NCBI GenBank assembly: GCA_030141605.1
Contig: JAQGDQ010000810.1
Span: 29,212 to 93,211 of the forward strand
Origin: Tubiluchus corallicola
Lineage: Eukaryota > Animalia > Priapulida
Direction: 5' to 3'
Length of the DNA: 64,000 nt
Every line of letters starts with the position of its first letter. Positions within the stretch are counted from its first letter, which is position 1. Positions 62,783 through 64,000 of the stretch are shown here, one piece after another. The notes below the pieces were generated by a model that was not told where the DNA came from, searched no databases, and saw nothing but the letters and a program-made list of their open reading frames with translations. The translations under genes and the position numbers were made by a program.

Positions 62783-64000
62783 AAAGCTGCGTTCGAACAG
62801 AAAAAGTCGAACTCAGACAGATCAGTTATCGATATTTTTAGAAAACCATAATTCGGAAAATCAATTGCTAAATATGGACAGTTTTCACGTAATTTTGCAT
62901 TTATTTCCGTTGATTTCATAACATGAGTTTTCTACAACTGAAGTAAATTTTCTTGCACTGCGGTGATGATTGTAGATCAGAAGTCTGTGACGTCAGGTGA
63001 TTTCAGGAATCTTCCCCGTAAGCAGCAGATGTGGTTGACGGTTCAATTTATTTGCCTGGCTGCATTTCGCGAGTGCAAAATGTCTGAAACGCATTTTCCA
63101 TGTGTTCGAGATTTATGAAAATAGCTGAGCGTGTTTTATATGCTGCCGTCAAGCTTTTAAATGATTTTATTACTAGCGTTTTAGGAAGTTACGATGTTAA
63201 CACATTGTTGCTGTTGGCTCAGTAATATGGGATACAGTCCTGTTAGTACCAGCGTCATCGCCATAAGGATGCAACGTTAACTATTTTAGCTACATTCACC
63301 CCATGAATCCGAAACGAAACTTTCATTTAGTACAACTTTTACTTGTACTAAACTTATGACGAACCTTAAAGGGAAGGTCAAGCCTTCGTGATACTTAGGC
63401 CAGGGGTGTGTAAATTGCGGCCCGCGAAGAGATTTGTCAACCTAATGAAAGTGCGGCCCGGGCGATTAATTGAGTGTATCCAGCTGAAGTCCGTGCCACG
63501 ATCCCAAAGATAGTGCGGGTAGCTTTTTTCTACTAGATTGGATGTCATTAACCCTTACAAGACGGTTGTAGCTTAATGTCACTGTACTACACAGACTGTG
63601 TGATACACATTACTAATATGCATTGTAAAGAAATTACCACTAACTGTCCTGAAAGTAGAAATATATGGTTTGTAATATAAATTTTAATAACTTCTAAAAT
63701 AGTTTCTTGAGTGTAGTAGTAATGATGTAGGCAGGTCTGATGCAAAAAAATCGTTATTAGGCCTTTCTGTACTTGGCTCCTTGATCAAACTGCCTGTGGC
63801 CCGCAGGAATTGCGGGAAAGTTTAATATGGCCCGGCTAGTCAGATAATTTGCACCCCCCTGACTTAGGCTTATTTCAATGTTAGAAGGATTTAGTAATAA
63901 AACTGTGATAAGCGCCTCGTGTAATTAGTGAAATCACTTTAAAGTTGCTATTGCTCCCATTTTGCATGCCCATTTTCCACCAATGACATCATTTGTTGAC
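62783..64000 (+). repeat. Local segmental duplication of ~58880-60500
   Basis: 63063-64000 is near-identical to 59502-60500; patchier similarity upstream (62783/58881, 62984/59383). Confidence 0.9.
63401..63861. mobile_element. hAT MITE nested in a Kolobok-like MITE (duplicated copy)
   Basis: Perfect acttaggc TSD (63393-63400, 63862-63869). Confidence 0.9.

Overview
Eukaryotic (animal) genomic DNA, AT-rich and repeat-dense. The 5S-derived sequences resemble mollusc/lophotrochozoan 5S rRNA, so a marine invertebrate is likely (inference). I assembled four spliced genes by hand from splice sites with consistent phases. Gene A (+, 5'-partial, at least 1466 aa, ~0.35-20.7 kb) is an uncharacterised, largely disordered protein that starts with a chain of microexons. 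Gene B (+) is a 383-aa class A GPCR of the melatonin-receptor-like/NRY type, join(35223..35265,36844..37087,39286..39461,40600..41288). Gene C (-) is a 168-aa secreted Gly/Tyr-rich protein, complement(join(44506..44961,45379..45429)). Gene D (+) is a 247-aa small heat-shock protein, join(48276..48863,51418..51573). Introns and intergenic DNA hold about 14 minisatellite arrays, many MITEs (Kolobok-, hAT-, Harbinger- and Tc1/mariner-like), 3' LINE fragments, tRNA-like segments and two 5S rRNA-derived SINEs. The most notable patterns are: minisatellites repeatedly seeded at functional junctions (an exon/splice-donor boundary, transposon termini, a retroelement tail); a 5S-headed SINE whose body is homologous to a separate RTE-like non-autonomous element; and a 600-bp frame-preserving array at a predicted coding exon. 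I found no autonomous transposon, CRISPR array or prokaryotic system. Most short ORFs in the track are repeat artefacts. All family assignments come from pattern recognition without database searches.
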